Under the pieces are notes generated by a model, which saw only the letters and a program-made list of their open reading frames with translations, searched no databases and had not been told where the DNA came from. Below, one piece after another: positions 40,084 to 49,585 of a DNA stretch of 64,000 nt (the first letter of the stretch is position 1; every line of letters begins with the position of its first letter). Origin of the DNA: Chloroflexota bacterium (lineage in GTDB: Bacteria; Chloroflexota; UBA11872); assembly GCA_965198285.1 (NCBI GenBank), contig OZ240251.1:3712434-3776433 (forward strand), read 5' to 3'. A program made the position numbers and the translations under genes.

Positions 40084-41307
40084 GTGCGCTCCGAATCCGC
40101 CGCCACCAACCTGCGCTGCGTGGACTGTCAGCAGTCCCACCAGCTCGAATACCGCCTGGCCTGCCAGGCCTGCGGTGGGCTCCTGGAGATCGAGTACGAC
40201 CTCCAGCGGCTGGCCGACGAGCCGCTGGTCCAGCCGCAGCGAACCGGCGTTTGGCGTTATGCCGCCTGGATGCCCGTCCACGACGCCGCCCACTTCGTCA
40301 CATTGGGCGAGCAGCCATCGCCTCTGTTCCGGATTCCACGCCTCGGCGCCGAACTCGGCCTCCGCCGCCTCTGGATCAAATTCGACGGCTCCAACCCCAC
40401 CGGGACGGTCAAGGACCGTTCCAGCCAGACCGCCGTGGCGTGCGCCCGACAGTTCGGCTTCGACGCGATCGGCGTCGTCTCCACCGGCAACGCCGCCTCA
40501 TCCATTGCCACCTACGCCGCGCGGGCCGGCCTGCGCGGCGTGGTCTGCTGTTACACGCGCAGCACGGCCGCCAAGATGTCCCACATCGCCGGCGTTGCCA
40601 GCGACGTGATCTGGTACGAGGGCGTGTACGACGACATGATCCGGCACCTCGACGCCGCGGTGGACCGTCGCTGGCTCTTCGACGGCGGCGCCACGCGTAA
40701 CCCGTTCAAGCAGGAAGGCAAAAAGTCGATCGCCCTTGAGATTTACGAGCAACTCGACCGCGCGCCCAACTTGGTCGTCTATCCGGTCGGGATGGGCGAA
40801 ACCCTGCTGGCGGGCCAGCGTGCTTGGGCAGCCCTGGCGGCCACCGGTCGCATCGCCCGCGTCCCGCGGCCCGTCTCCGCGCAATCCAGCGAGGCCAACA
40901 CCATCGCCGTCGCCTGGCGGTCTGGAGATGAACTGCGGCCCAAGACGATCGGCTACACCGTAGCCGAAGGAACCGCAGTCGGCGACATGGGCGCCAAGGG
41001 AGCGCTCACGCTCCGCCGCATCCGCGACCAGGACGGGCTGGCCGGCGACGTGTCAGATGAGGAAACGCTGGACATGCAACGCCGGCTCGCCCAAAGCGAG
41101 GGTCTCTGGGTCGGACCGACCGGCGCCGTTCCCCTGGCGGTCACGGCCCGCCTGGCGCGGGATGGCTTGCTGGACCCGGACGCCGAAATTGTCTGCCTCT
41201 CCTCCGAGACCGGCCTCAAGGGTGACTGGCCCAAGTTGCAGGTCGATGGCCAGGAACCCAGTCTGGACCTGATCCGCCGCGCCCTCGACCGTCCGCCGAC
41301 CAAATAA
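40084..41307 (+). CDS. Threonine-synthase-like PLP enzyme
   Basis: N-terminal CxxC..CxxC, GVWRY, TLGE, NPTGTVKDR, STGNAA, NPFKQEGKK, PVGMG, ETGLK. Confidence 0.82.
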   Translation: MRSESAATNLRCVDCQQSHQLEYRLACQACGGLLEIEYDLQRLADEPLVQPQRTGVWRYAAWMPVHDAAHFVTLGEQPSPLFRIPRLGAELGLRRLWIKFDGSNPTGTVKDRSSQTAVACARQFGFDAIGVVSTGNAASSIATYAARAGLRGVVCCYTRSTAAKMSHIAGVASDVIWYEGVYDDMIRHLDAAVDRRWLFDGGATRNPFKQEGKKSIALEIYEQLDRAPNLVVYPVGMGETLLAGQRAWAALAATGRIARVPRPVSAQSSEANTIAVAWRSGDELRPKTIGYTVAEGTAVGDMGAKGALTLRRIRDQDGLAGDVSDEETLDMQRRLAQSEGLWVGPTGAVPLAVTARLARDGLLDPDAEIVCLSSETGLKGDWPKLQVDGQEPSLDLIRRALDRPPTK

Positions 41308-41367
41308 CCCAACGAATCGCCGCAGCTTGCGACAATGCGCCAACCGTGGCTGCCAGGGAGACTGAGC

Positions 41368-41694
41368 GTGCCGATAACTTCCAGAACTGACCGCCCCCTC
41401 GTCGACATGATGCCCGGAGTCCGCCGCCGGACCATGCTGTGGGGCGACTCGATGCTGATGGCCGAGATTCACCTTGAGGAAGGCGGCGTCGTGCCCCTGC
41501 ACGACCACGTCTACGAACAGATCGGCTACTGCATTGAGGGCACGTTTGACCTCAACATCGGCGGCGAAATCCATTCCATCGAACCGGGCAGTTGCTGGGT
41601 CGTGCCGTCCGGCGTGCCCCACGAGGCGACGGCCACCGGCCGTTGCTTCCTGATCGAGGCCTGGAGCCCGGCCCGCGACGACTACAAGGACTGA
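41368..41694 (+). CDS. Cupin-domain protein
   Basis: PLHDHVYEQ, VPSGVPH, WSPARDDY; SD GGAG before GTG. Confidence 0.88.
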   Translation: MPITSRTDRPLVDMMPGVRRRTMLWGDSMLMAEIHLEEGGVVPLHDHVYEQIGYCIEGTFDLNIGGEIHSIEPGSCWVVPSGVPHEATATGRCFLIEAWSPARDDYKD

Positions 41695-43007
41695 ACACCA
41701 GCTTCGACGTCTCTCGGATCGACGCTTCAGCGTCGGCCCCGCGCATCGTTCGGACGATCCTTCGGGACAACGGCCGGTTGGCGCCGTTCCTGTTGGTTGG
41801 CAGCGCCGCGACCTCTGCGTTTCAGCTCATCATGGCCCGAGGGCTGGAACCGAGGGCCTACGCCGAGGCCTTTGCCGTGCTAGGCGCGCTGTCGCTACTG
41901 GTAACGCCCGCGCAGGTCGTCCAGACGCTCGTGGCGCGTCGCGCCGCCGAACTGGTCGCGCTGGGGCGTCTCGCCGAGCTGCGGGCCACGACGCGAGCCA
42001 TCGTGCGCTGGACCGGCCTGGTCTCCCTTCTCCTGGCGCTGGCCATCGCTGCCGCGTCGCCGCTCATCCAATCCGCACTCCGGCTCGATTCGCCCTGGCC
42101 GGTGGTCGTGGCGGGAATCGGCGCGGGCGCCCTGACCTTCGAACCGGTGGTGCGCGGCATTACTCAGGGCGCACGCGATTTCGTCGGTCTCGGCTACGCC
42201 CTGGCCGCGCACGGGCTGGGACGCCTGGTGGTCGGCGCCGCGACGGTCTTGGCCGGAGGCGGCGCCACCGGCGCCCTGCTGGCAAGCCCGGCGTCGGGCC
42301 TGGGCGGCATCGTCTTCGGCTGGCTGAGCGCCCGCCGAGTCCTGAATCGCCCTGAGCGCCCCGCCGAGCGGGATGCGTCGCCGCTCGGAATTGCAGACCA
42401 CGTGCGCGTGGCGCTCATTCTCTTCGCGCTGGCCGGTCTGCTGCACCTGGACGTGCTGGCGGTCAAAGCCTTCTTCAGCCCGGATGAAGCCGCTGCGTAC
42501 GCGGCGCTTGCGCTGATCGGTCGGATTGTCTTCTGGAGCGGAATGATGGTTGGCATGGTGCTCTTGCCGTTTGTGGTCTGGCGGGCCGCGGCCGGCGCGG
42601 GCATCATGCGCGCCTACCTGGCAAGCCTGGTGCTGATGGCCGCCGTTTCAGGGGGATCGGCTCTCGTCATCCTGACCTGGCCTGAAGGTGTGTACGGGCT
42701 GATCTTCGGCGACCGCTATCCACCGTACGCCGAACTTCTGCCGCTCTACGTGGCGGCGGCGGCCCTGCTGGCAATCGCGGCAGTCACGGCCAGCCTGCAC
42801 ATCGGGGCCGGGCGTCTGCGCGTGTGGATTGGCCTGACCGTCGTGCTGGCAGGGACCGTCGTCGGCTACGCCCTCGCACACGACACGCCGCGCATGGTCT
42901 TGACCGTCCTGCTGGTCGGGACGGCCGTTGCCGCCATCTACCTGGTGGCCGAAGCCTTCGCCCTAGCCTTGGAGCGCCGTAGGACGGCCGTCCGGAATGC
43001 GCGTTAG
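41691..43007 (+). CDS. Polysaccharide flippase (Wzx/MOP superfamily), start uncertain
   Basis: About 12 hydrophobic segments; FQLIMARGL, RGITQG, LDVLAVKAFF...AAAYAA pattern. Confidence 0.72.
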   Translation: MNTSFDVSRIDASASAPRIVRTILRDNGRLAPFLLVGSAATSAFQLIMARGLEPRAYAEAFAVLGALSLLVTPAQVVQTLVARRAAELVALGRLAELRATTRAIVRWTGLVSLLLALAIAAASPLIQSALRLDSPWPVVVAGIGAGALTFEPVVRGITQGARDFVGLGYALAAHGLGRLVVGAATVLAGGGATGALLASPASGLGGIVFGWLSARRVLNRPERPAERDASPLGIADHVRVALILFALAGLLHLDVLAVKAFFSPDEAAAYAALALIGRIVFWSGMMVGMVLLPFVVWRAAAGAGIMRAYLASLVLMAAVSGGSALVILTWPEGVYGLIFGDRYPPYAELLPLYVAAAALLAIAAVTASLHIGAGRLRVWIGLTVVLAGTVVGYALAHDTPRMVLTVLLVGTAVAAIYLVAEAFALALERRRTAVRNAR

Positions 43008-43378
43008 GGCGCGGACGTTCCCTCGCGTCCGTAGTCGTCGACCAGCCGCACCACGTCATCCGGGTGCGGTGTGGAGACTTCTAGCACACGCACGTCGCCA
43101 TGCGGCGCCTCGTAGCGATGCACCTTGCCGGTATGCACCCGCACGCTGGCGCCCTCATCCAGGTCGCGCGTCTCTAGCGCCTCGGCCGAGTCGCCAATCA
43201 CGAGCCGCAACCGCCCGTCCAGCACGTAGATCGTCTCGTCCTTCGCTTCGTGGTATTGCAGGCTCAGCCGCGCGCCGGTGTTGATCTCGATGATCTTGCC
43301 GATATACAACTCGGTCGAGGCATAGATCACTTCGCGGCCCCAGGGCTTCGTCACGATCGTCACGTTCTGATCGCTCAT
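43004..43378 (-). CDS. Cupin, mannose-6-phosphate isomerase (type II C-terminal)-like
   Basis: VTKPWG, RLSLQYHEAKDET, VHR, EVSTP, DVVRLVDDYGR. Confidence 0.85.
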   Translation of the reverse strand: MSDQNVTIVTKPWGREVIYASTELYIGKIIEINTGARLSLQYHEAKDETIYVLDGRLRLVIGDSAEALETRDLDEGASVRVHTGKVHRYEAPHGDVRVLEVSTPHPDDVVRLVDDYGREGTSAP

Positions 43379-44829
43379 GCGGATCCAACCTCCACCCCGG
43401 CCGCGCGCGCCCCGAGATTCAGCAGCGTAGCCACGCGCTCCGCCGAAGTGGTCTCCGTGTAGACCCGCAGCAGCGGCTCCGTTCCCGAGAAGCGAATCAG
43501 CAGCCAACTCTCGTCGTCCAGGTAGTACTTGAACCCGTCCATGTCGTTCCGGCGCAGGACGGTCGACCCGTCAATGGCGTCCGGCAGCCAGGCCGTCACC
43601 TTCGCTTCTATTTCCGGTCGGGCCTCGGCCGGGAAGTCCAGGTCGTACCGCGCGTAGTGGTATTCGCGCCCCAGCTTCTCGAACAGCAGCGCCACCAGTT
43701 CCGTCGGCGTCTTGCCTTCACGCGCCATCAGGTCCAGGAAATACAGCCCGGCGACTACGCCGTCGCGCTCGGGCATGTGCGGCTGGAACACGTACCCGCC
43801 GCTTTCCTCGCCGCCCATCACGGCGTCGAGATCCCGCATGGCCGGGGCCACGAACTTCATGCCGACGCCGACTTCCTCCACGTGGACGTCGTACAGCTGG
43901 CCCAGTCGTTCCAACATCGACGTCGTCGTTAGCGTCTTCACCAGCGGCTGCCGCATCGCCCGGTGCTCCAGGAAGTAATACGCCAGCAAGCCGATGATGC
44001 GTAGTTGATCCACGAACTCGCCGTGTTCGTCCACGACTCCCAGGCGGTCGCCGTCACCGTCGGTCACGATTCCGACCGCGGCCGATGTATCGCGGACCAC
44101 CGCGGCGACCTCGTCCGTCTGTGGCGGAATCGGCTCCGGCCGCGCCAGACCCGGAAACCGCGGGTTCCAGTCGCTGTGGATCTCGGTTACATCGAGCCGC
44201 CCGCCTGTCAGGATGCGGGGCAGCCATCCGGCGGCCGAGCCGTACATCGCGTCCACCACCACCCGCATGTCGCGCGCGCGCAGCGCCTCCAGGTCCACCA
44301 GGTTGGCCACGTGGTCCAGGTACGCGGCGTCCGGGCTGAAGTTGCGAAGTAGGCCGGCGCGTACGGCCGTGGCCTCGTCCAGGCAGCCGACAGCGTCGCC
44401 GTCCACCCGCGCAACGGCAGCCTCGATTTCGGCCAGCGCGTCCGGCGCCACGGCCGCTCCGGTGGCCGTGCGGACTTTGAAGCCGTTGTCCGCCGGCGGG
44501 TTGTGGCTGGCGGTAACCATCACGGCGCCGGCCGCTTGCAGATTCGCGGTGCTAAAGGCGGCCACCGGCGTCGGGCAGGGCGTGTCCACGAGGTGCACCT
44601 GGATATTGTTGCCGGCCAGCACCGACGCCACGTGCGCGGCAAACCGCTCGGAACCGAAGCGGCGGTCGTAGCCCACCACGATCCCGCGCTCCCAGCGCCA
44701 GTTGCGCCGCACGAATGTCGCAAACCCCTGCGCGACCCGACCAACGTTGCGGAAGGTGTAGTCGCCGCCGATCACGGCGCGCCAGCCGTCGGTCCCGAAG
44801 CGGATAGGGGTTTCGGCCAGAGGCGCCAT
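43375..44829 (-). CDS. Phosphoglucomutase/phosphomannomutase
   Basis: FGTDGWR, TASHNP, DGDGDR, GEESGG, RFSGTEP. Confidence 0.94.
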   Translation of the reverse strand: MAPLAETPIRFGTDGWRAVIGGDYTFRNVGRVAQGFATFVRRNWRWERGIVVGYDRRFGSERFAAHVASVLAGNNIQVHLVDTPCPTPVAAFSTANLQAAGAVMVTASHNPPADNGFKVRTATGAAVAPDALAEIEAAVARVDGDAVGCLDEATAVRAGLLRNFSPDAAYLDHVANLVDLEALRARDMRVVVDAMYGSAAGWLPRILTGGRLDVTEIHSDWNPRFPGLARPEPIPPQTDEVAAVVRDTSAAVGIVTDGDGDRLGVVDEHGEFVDQLRIIGLLAYYFLEHRAMRQPLVKTLTTTSMLERLGQLYDVHVEEVGVGMKFVAPAMRDLDAVMGGEESGGYVFQPHMPERDGVVAGLYFLDLMAREGKTPTELVALLFEKLGREYHYARYDLDFPAEARPEIEAKVTAWLPDAIDGSTVLRRNDMDGFKYYLDDESWLLIRFSGTEPLLRVYTETTSAERVATLLNLGARAAGVEVGSA

Positions 44830-44830
44830 C

Positions 44831-45775
44831 CTAAGCGTCCGGCCGAGCCGCGACGGCCTGGCGGGCCTCGGCCAGCGCATCGCGGAGGGATTCGTCCAAG
44901 CCGATCCGCGGCCGCCACCCGGTGTCCTCGCGCAGCCGGGTCGCGTCACCGGCCACCACCGCGCCATGGCGTCCCGGCGGCAACCGCCGCTCTTCGTGGA
45001 TTTCAGCATCCACGCCGCCTATCTCGATCAACAGTTCCACCATCCGGCGCAGTGGCCGGGCCTGTCCGGTTGCCACGTTGTAGGCGGCACCCGGCCGACC
45101 TCGATCCGCCGCAGCCACGACGGCCTGCGCGACGTCGCGCACGTCCACGTAGTCGCGAGCGCCGGCCAGGCTGTAGGTCGGCACGACCGGCTCGGCCCGA
45201 CCATCCAGAATCGCCGCTACGCAGTGCACCTGGCGGCCCGGGAAATACTCGGCCGAGCGTCCCGGTCCAACGCTGCCGAACAAGCGCAACCTCACCACGT
45301 CCAGTCCGTCGGACAGATGGTATTGCAGCGCCTGCAGGTCCGCCGCCGCCTTGGTCGCCGCATAGACCGACGCTGGCCGCAATGGCGCTTCCTCGGTGAC
45401 CAACTCGCCCGTCTCGATCCGGCCGTAGATCTCGGCACTGCTCATGGCCACCAGCCGAGCCGCCGGCGCGTACCGCAGCATGGCCTGGATCAACCGCAAC
45501 TGACCCAGCACGTTCACGTCGTACGCGCGCAGCGGGTTGGCCTGGGCCTCGCCCGGATTGGCAATCGCTGCCAGGTTCACCACGACCGACGGCCGGACAC
45601 GTGCCGCCACGTCCTCGACCTGGTCGGCGTCCCGCAAGTCCAGCGCCTCGAACCCGGCCTCGAGATCCCCGCCCTGCGACGCCGCGACCACCTCACAACC
45701 GGCGTCACAGAACGCGGCCACCGTGTGCGACCCGATGAAACCGGCCGCTCCGGTGACAAGAACCGCGCCTGACAC
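44831..45775 (-). CDS. GDP-4-keto-6-deoxy-D-mannose reductase (Rmd-like extended SDR)
   Basis: VTGAAGFIG, SSAEIYG, YAATK, RDYVDVRD; adjacent to gmd. Confidence 0.72.
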   Translation of the reverse strand: MSGAVLVTGAAGFIGSHTVAAFCDAGCEVVAASQGGDLEAGFEALDLRDADQVEDVAARVRPSVVVNLAAIANPGEAQANPLRAYDVNVLGQLRLIQAMLRYAPAARLVAMSSAEIYGRIETGELVTEEAPLRPASVYAATKAAADLQALQYHLSDGLDVVRLRLFGSVGPGRSAEYFPGRQVHCVAAILDGRAEPVVPTYSLAGARDYVDVRDVAQAVVAAADRGRPGAAYNVATGQARPLRRMVELLIEIGGVDAEIHEERRLPPGRHGAVVAGDATRLREDTGWRPRIGLDESLRDALAEARQAVAARPDA

Positions 45776-45789
45776 CGTTTTCGCCAGGC

Positions 45790-46791
45790 TCAGCCCGCGC
45801 TGCGGCTGGCCGCCATTTCGGCGTGTGCGACTTCATCGGCGACGACGTCGACATCCGCGTCGACCATGAGGCGGACCAGTTCCTCAAACGTGACCGATGG
45901 CTCCCAACCCAGGTCGTTGCGAATGGCCGAGGGATCGCCGATCAGGCGATGCACCTCCGCCGGACGCAGCAGGTCCTCGCTGGTTGTGATGTGGTCCCGG
46001 GCGTCAAGTCCCAGGTGGCCGAACGCCAGGTCGGCAAGCTCCAGACCCGAATGCGTTGCCCCCGTCGCCAGCACGTAGTCGCGGGGCTCGTCCTGCTGCA
46101 GCATCAGCCACATGCCGCGCACAAAGTCCGGCGCATAGCCCCAGTCGCGTCGCGTGGACAGGTCGCCGAAGGGCACGTTCTGAACCACCTCGTGATGCAC
46201 GCGCGCCGCCGAATAGCTGAGCTTGCGGGTCACGAACTCCATTCCGCGCCGCGGCGACTCGTGGTTGAAGCAGATCCCCGAGCAGGCGAACATTCGATAA
46301 CTCTCGCGGTAGTTGACGGTGATCCAGTGCGCGTAGAGCTTCGCCACACCATAGGGACTGCGCGGATAGAACGGGGTGGACTCGCGCTGCGGCCATTCCT
46401 GGACCTCGCCGAACATCTCGCTGCTTGACGCCTGGTAGAACTTGATCGTGGGATCCACCGCGCGGATGGCTTCCAACACTCGGGTCGCGCCCAGCGCTGT
46501 CACTTCCCCGGTCAGCACCGGCTGCCGCCACGAGGCCGCAACGAAGGACTGCGCCGCCAGGTTGTACACCTCGTCGGGCCGGTGCCGCTGCATGATCTCG
46601 ATCAGCGAGTACTGATCGTGCAGATCGCCCGCTTCCAATACCAGGTCGTCCTGCAAATGCTGGATACGGCCGTTGTTCTCGGTACTGGTGCGGCGTACGA
46701 CGCCGACGACTGTGTAGCCTTTCTCCAGCAAAAATTCCGCTAGATATGAGCCGTCCTGACCCGTAATGCCCGTGATTAACGCGCAGGGCAT
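45790..46791 (-). CDS. gmd: GDP-mannose 4,6-dehydratase
   Basis: [64 protein letters not shown]. Confidence 0.96.
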   Translation of the reverse strand: MPCALITGITGQDGSYLAEFLLEKGYTVVGVVRRTSTENNGRIQHLQDDLVLEAGDLHDQYSLIEIMQRHRPDEVYNLAAQSFVAASWRQPVLTGEVTALGATRVLEAIRAVDPTIKFYQASSSEMFGEVQEWPQRESTPFYPRSPYGVAKLYAHWITVNYRESYRMFACSGICFNHESPRRGMEFVTRKLSYSAARVHHEVVQNVPFGDLSTRRDWGYAPDFVRGMWLMLQQDEPRDYVLATGATHSGLELADLAFGHLGLDARDHITTSEDLLRPAEVHRLIGDPSAIRNDLGWEPSVTFEELVRLMVDADVDVVADEVAHAEMAASRSAG

Positions 46792-46899
46792 GCACAACCC
46801 CTGTTCAAGGAAACCCGCTCGCAGTGTACGTGCGGTGTCTGAACAACACCCGGCGGCCGCCCAACGTGACGCCCAGTGCCGGTTGCACAGGTCCAGCCC

Positions 46900-47682
46900 A
46901 TGACCTCCCTGAACGCATCCCCCTGCCTGCTCGCCGACATCTTCGAGCCCGGCGACATCGCGGCCATCGTCGGTGCCGGTGGCAAGACCACCAGCATGTT
47001 CGCCCTGGCCCTGGCCCTGGCGCGGCGCGGCCTGCGCGTGGTGACGACCAAATCCACAACCATCCACCGCCCGTCGCTGGCCCGCTCACCCAAGCTGCTC
47101 GTGTCGCCGCCGAATCGCTGGCACGCCGAGCTTCCGGCGGCGCTGGACGCTCATCCAGTCATCACCGTGGTCACCGCCGCGCCCAGCCAGCGCCGCTACG
47201 ACGGCATCCCGCCCGAGTCGGCGCCGGACCTGCTCTGCGCCGCGGGCGCGGACGTACTGATCGTGGAAGCGGACGGCGCGCGCCGCCGCCTGCTCAAGGC
47301 GCCCGCCGCCCACGAACCCGCCATGCCGGCCGGCGCAACGCTCGTCATCCCAGTCGCCTGCCTGGCCGCCGTCGGACGCCCCCTGGCCGAGCGCCACGTA
47401 CATCGACCCCAACTCGCCGCCGAGATTCTGGGTGTCGACCTCGGCGCGCACCTGACCATTGATCACGTCCTCAAGCTGCTCCTGGACGCAAGAGCCGGCC
47501 GCAAGGCCGCGCCCCCCACCGCCCGCTGCTGGCCCGCCCTCACCGCCACCGACACGGTCGCCCCAGACCAACTCGCCGCAGTCCGCGCCGCCCTCAACAC
47601 CCACCCCCACGTCACCGGCTGGATCGAAGCCACCGCCAACCGGACCTACACCGCCCACCGCCGCGGCCCGCAGCCCCGCTAA
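46900..47682 (+). CDS. yqeC: Selenium-dependent molybdenum hydroxylase accessory protein YqeC
   Basis: [42 protein letters not shown]. Confidence 0.85.
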   Translation: MTSLNASPCLLADIFEPGDIAAIVGAGGKTTSMFALALALARRGLRVVTTKSTTIHRPSLARSPKLLVSPPNRWHAELPAALDAHPVITVVTAAPSQRRYDGIPPESAPDLLCAAGADVLIVEADGARRRLLKAPAAHEPAMPAGATLVIPVACLAAVGRPLAERHVHRPQLAAEILGVDLGAHLTIDHVLKLLLDARAGRKAAPPTARCWPALTATDTVAPDQLAAVRAALNTHPHVTGWIEATANRTYTAHRRGPQPR

Positions 47683-47842
47683 GCCTCCGTAACCGGTGCG
47701 GACATCTCTGGTGGCATAGTCGCCCACGCTTGGATCCACCGCTCAGCTGCGGGACTGTCGCTTGTCCCGACTCCACGGCGCGGATTGGTGCTCAGGTGCG
47801 CCACAATGCGCGCAGCCTTGGCGACCTGAGACGAACTCACCG

Positions 47843-48955
47843 ATGACCACCACCGCCCGACCAATTGACATCAACTTCGACCGTCTGCTGGACACGTTTG
47901 TCGCCCTGCTATCCGTGGATAGCTATTACGGGGACGAGGAACGCGTCGTGGCGGAGATCAAGCCTCGGATGGAGGGTCTAGGAATTTCGTGGCGCTCGGA
48001 CCCGCACGGGAATCTGATCGGCGAGTGGCCGGCGCGCGGCAATGACGGCGACCCGATCATTCTCAACGCACACATGGACACGGTGAGGCCAACGCCGGAC
48101 ATGACCCCGGTGGTGAAAGACGACGGCGTCTATTCGGACGGCTCATCGGTTCTCGGCGCGGACGACAAGGCCGGGGTTGCCGCCATCATGGAAGCGGTGC
48201 GTGCCTACCACGAGTCGGGGCAGCCGCACGGACCGGTGGAACTGCTGTTCACTATTGGCGAAGACGTCGGCCACATCGGCTCCAAGGCGTTCGACGCCAA
48301 CGACGTCGCGGGCCGCCGCTGCTTCGTGCTGGATGCGGGCGGACCAGTTGGCAACGTGGTCATGCGGGCACCGGGTCAGCGGCGCTTCAACTTCACGTTT
48401 CGGGGCAAAGCGGCCCACGCGGGCCTCGAGCCCGAGCTTGGAGTCAGCGCCATCGGCATGGCGGCGCGCGCGATCGACCTCATGCCGCTGGGCAGGGTGG
48501 ACGAGATCACCACGGCTAACGTGGGCATTGTGTCCGGCGGCGAGGCGTACAACATCGTGGCGCCGGAAGCCAAGGCGACGGTCGAGACCCGCAGCCTTTC
48601 AGAGGACCGGCTGGAGCTGCAGGTGGCGGACATCGTGGCAGCGGCGCAGCAGGCCGCGGTGGACTTTGGCGGCGAGGTGGACATCGAGACGCATACGTTC
48701 TACACGGCCTACGAATTGGACGACGAAGACCCGGCGGTTGAACTGGCCGACGCCGCCATTGCGGCCGCCGGGCTGGCGCCGCAGCACGTGAGCACGGGCG
48801 GCGGCAGCGACGCGCACGAGTTCAACGAGAAGGGCATCACCTCGGTTTGCCTGGGCATGGGCTACATCGACGTGCACTCGGTACGCGAGTACATGCCGCA
48901 CGACCAGCTGCGGGCGAGCGCGCAGGTCACGACGGAACTGATTCGCCTGGCCTAA
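47843..48955 (+). CDS. M20 peptidase (peptidase T-like)
   Basis: NAHMDTV, LGADDKAG, GEDVG, GKAAHAG, GGGSDA, VHS. Confidence 0.9.
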   Translation: MTTTARPIDINFDRLLDTFVALLSVDSYYGDEERVVAEIKPRMEGLGISWRSDPHGNLIGEWPARGNDGDPIILNAHMDTVRPTPDMTPVVKDDGVYSDGSSVLGADDKAGVAAIMEAVRAYHESGQPHGPVELLFTIGEDVGHIGSKAFDANDVAGRRCFVLDAGGPVGNVVMRAPGQRRFNFTFRGKAAHAGLEPELGVSAIGMAARAIDLMPLGRVDEITTANVGIVSGGEAYNIVAPEAKATVETRSLSEDRLELQVADIVAAAQQAAVDFGGEVDIETHTFYTAYELDDEDPAVELADAAIAAAGLAPQHVSTGGGSDAHEFNEKGITSVCLGMGYIDVHSVREYMPHDQLRASAQVTTELIRLA

Positions 48956-49006
48956 CCCGTCCACCGACCGTCACGCGAGCGCCGGGTCCCCGCCCTGCTC
49001 GGCGCG

Positions 49007-49510
49007 CTAGGCCGCCGCCTCTTTTTGTGGTGGCCCGTTGCGGAGACCCACGATCAGGCCTTCCAGCACACCTTCAAGCCGGGCTTGGCCGAGTTCCACG
49101 GACGCCAGTCGCTGTTCGACCGCCGAGCTCTGAGCGTGCAACTCGGTGACTTGCGACTGCAAAGCGGCGATCTGCGACTCCACGACCGTAAGACGCGCGT
49201 CCAACCCCGCGAACTGCACCTTCATCTCTGCAAACTGTGCTTGCAGGGTTGCGAACTTTGCTTCCAACGCGGCGAACCGTTTTTCGAACCCGGCAAACTG
49301 CGCTGTCAACCCGGCAAACTGCGCTGTCAACCCGGCGAACTGCGATGTCAATCCGGCGAACTGCGCTGTCAATCCGGCGAGTTGTGCTTCAAGGGCAACT
49401 TGACGGTCGTCGAGCCGATCCATGCGGCCGCTGAGCCGCACCGTCATGCCGACAATCAGCGCCGCCAGCGCCACGCCCACGCTAAGAATTCCGATCAGCT
49501 CCGGCGTCAC
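49007..49510 (-). CDS. Membrane-anchored coiled-coil protein with heptad repeats
   Basis: SD AGGAG + GTG; TM helix ELIGILSVGVALAALIVG; (AQFAGLT)n; C-terminal ARLEGVLEG. Confidence 0.78.
   Translation of the reverse strand: MTPELIGILSVGVALAALIVGMTVRLSGRMDRLDDRQVALEAQLAGLTAQFAGLTSQFAGLTAQFAGLTAQFAGFEKRFAALEAKFATLQAQFAEMKVQFAGLDARLTVVESQIAALQSQVTELHAQSSAVEQRLASVELGQARLEGVLEGLIVGLRNGPPQKEAAA
49291..49374. repeat. 21-bp tandem repeat (about 4 copies) inside the coiled-coil gene
   Basis: cggcaaactgcgctgtcaacc x2, cggcgaactgcgatgtcaatc, cggcgaactgcgctgtcaatc. Confidence 0.9.
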
Positions 49511-49585
49511 GCCGTTGACTCCTGTACCCGCCCACCTATGAACGATGGTCCACAAGCGCCATCTTAGCCCGATGGCCCGCGGGCA

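Noticed and set aside
47843-48955. Peptidase gene looks more G-rich than neighbouring + strand genes (possible inversion or transfer)
   Set aside because: Impression only; it needs a computed GC-skew or codon analysis, and no boundary repeats were seen
49291-49374. Possible CRISPR array
   Set aside because: The repeats are contiguous 21-mers without unique spacers, lie in frame in a CDS, and have no cas genes nearby
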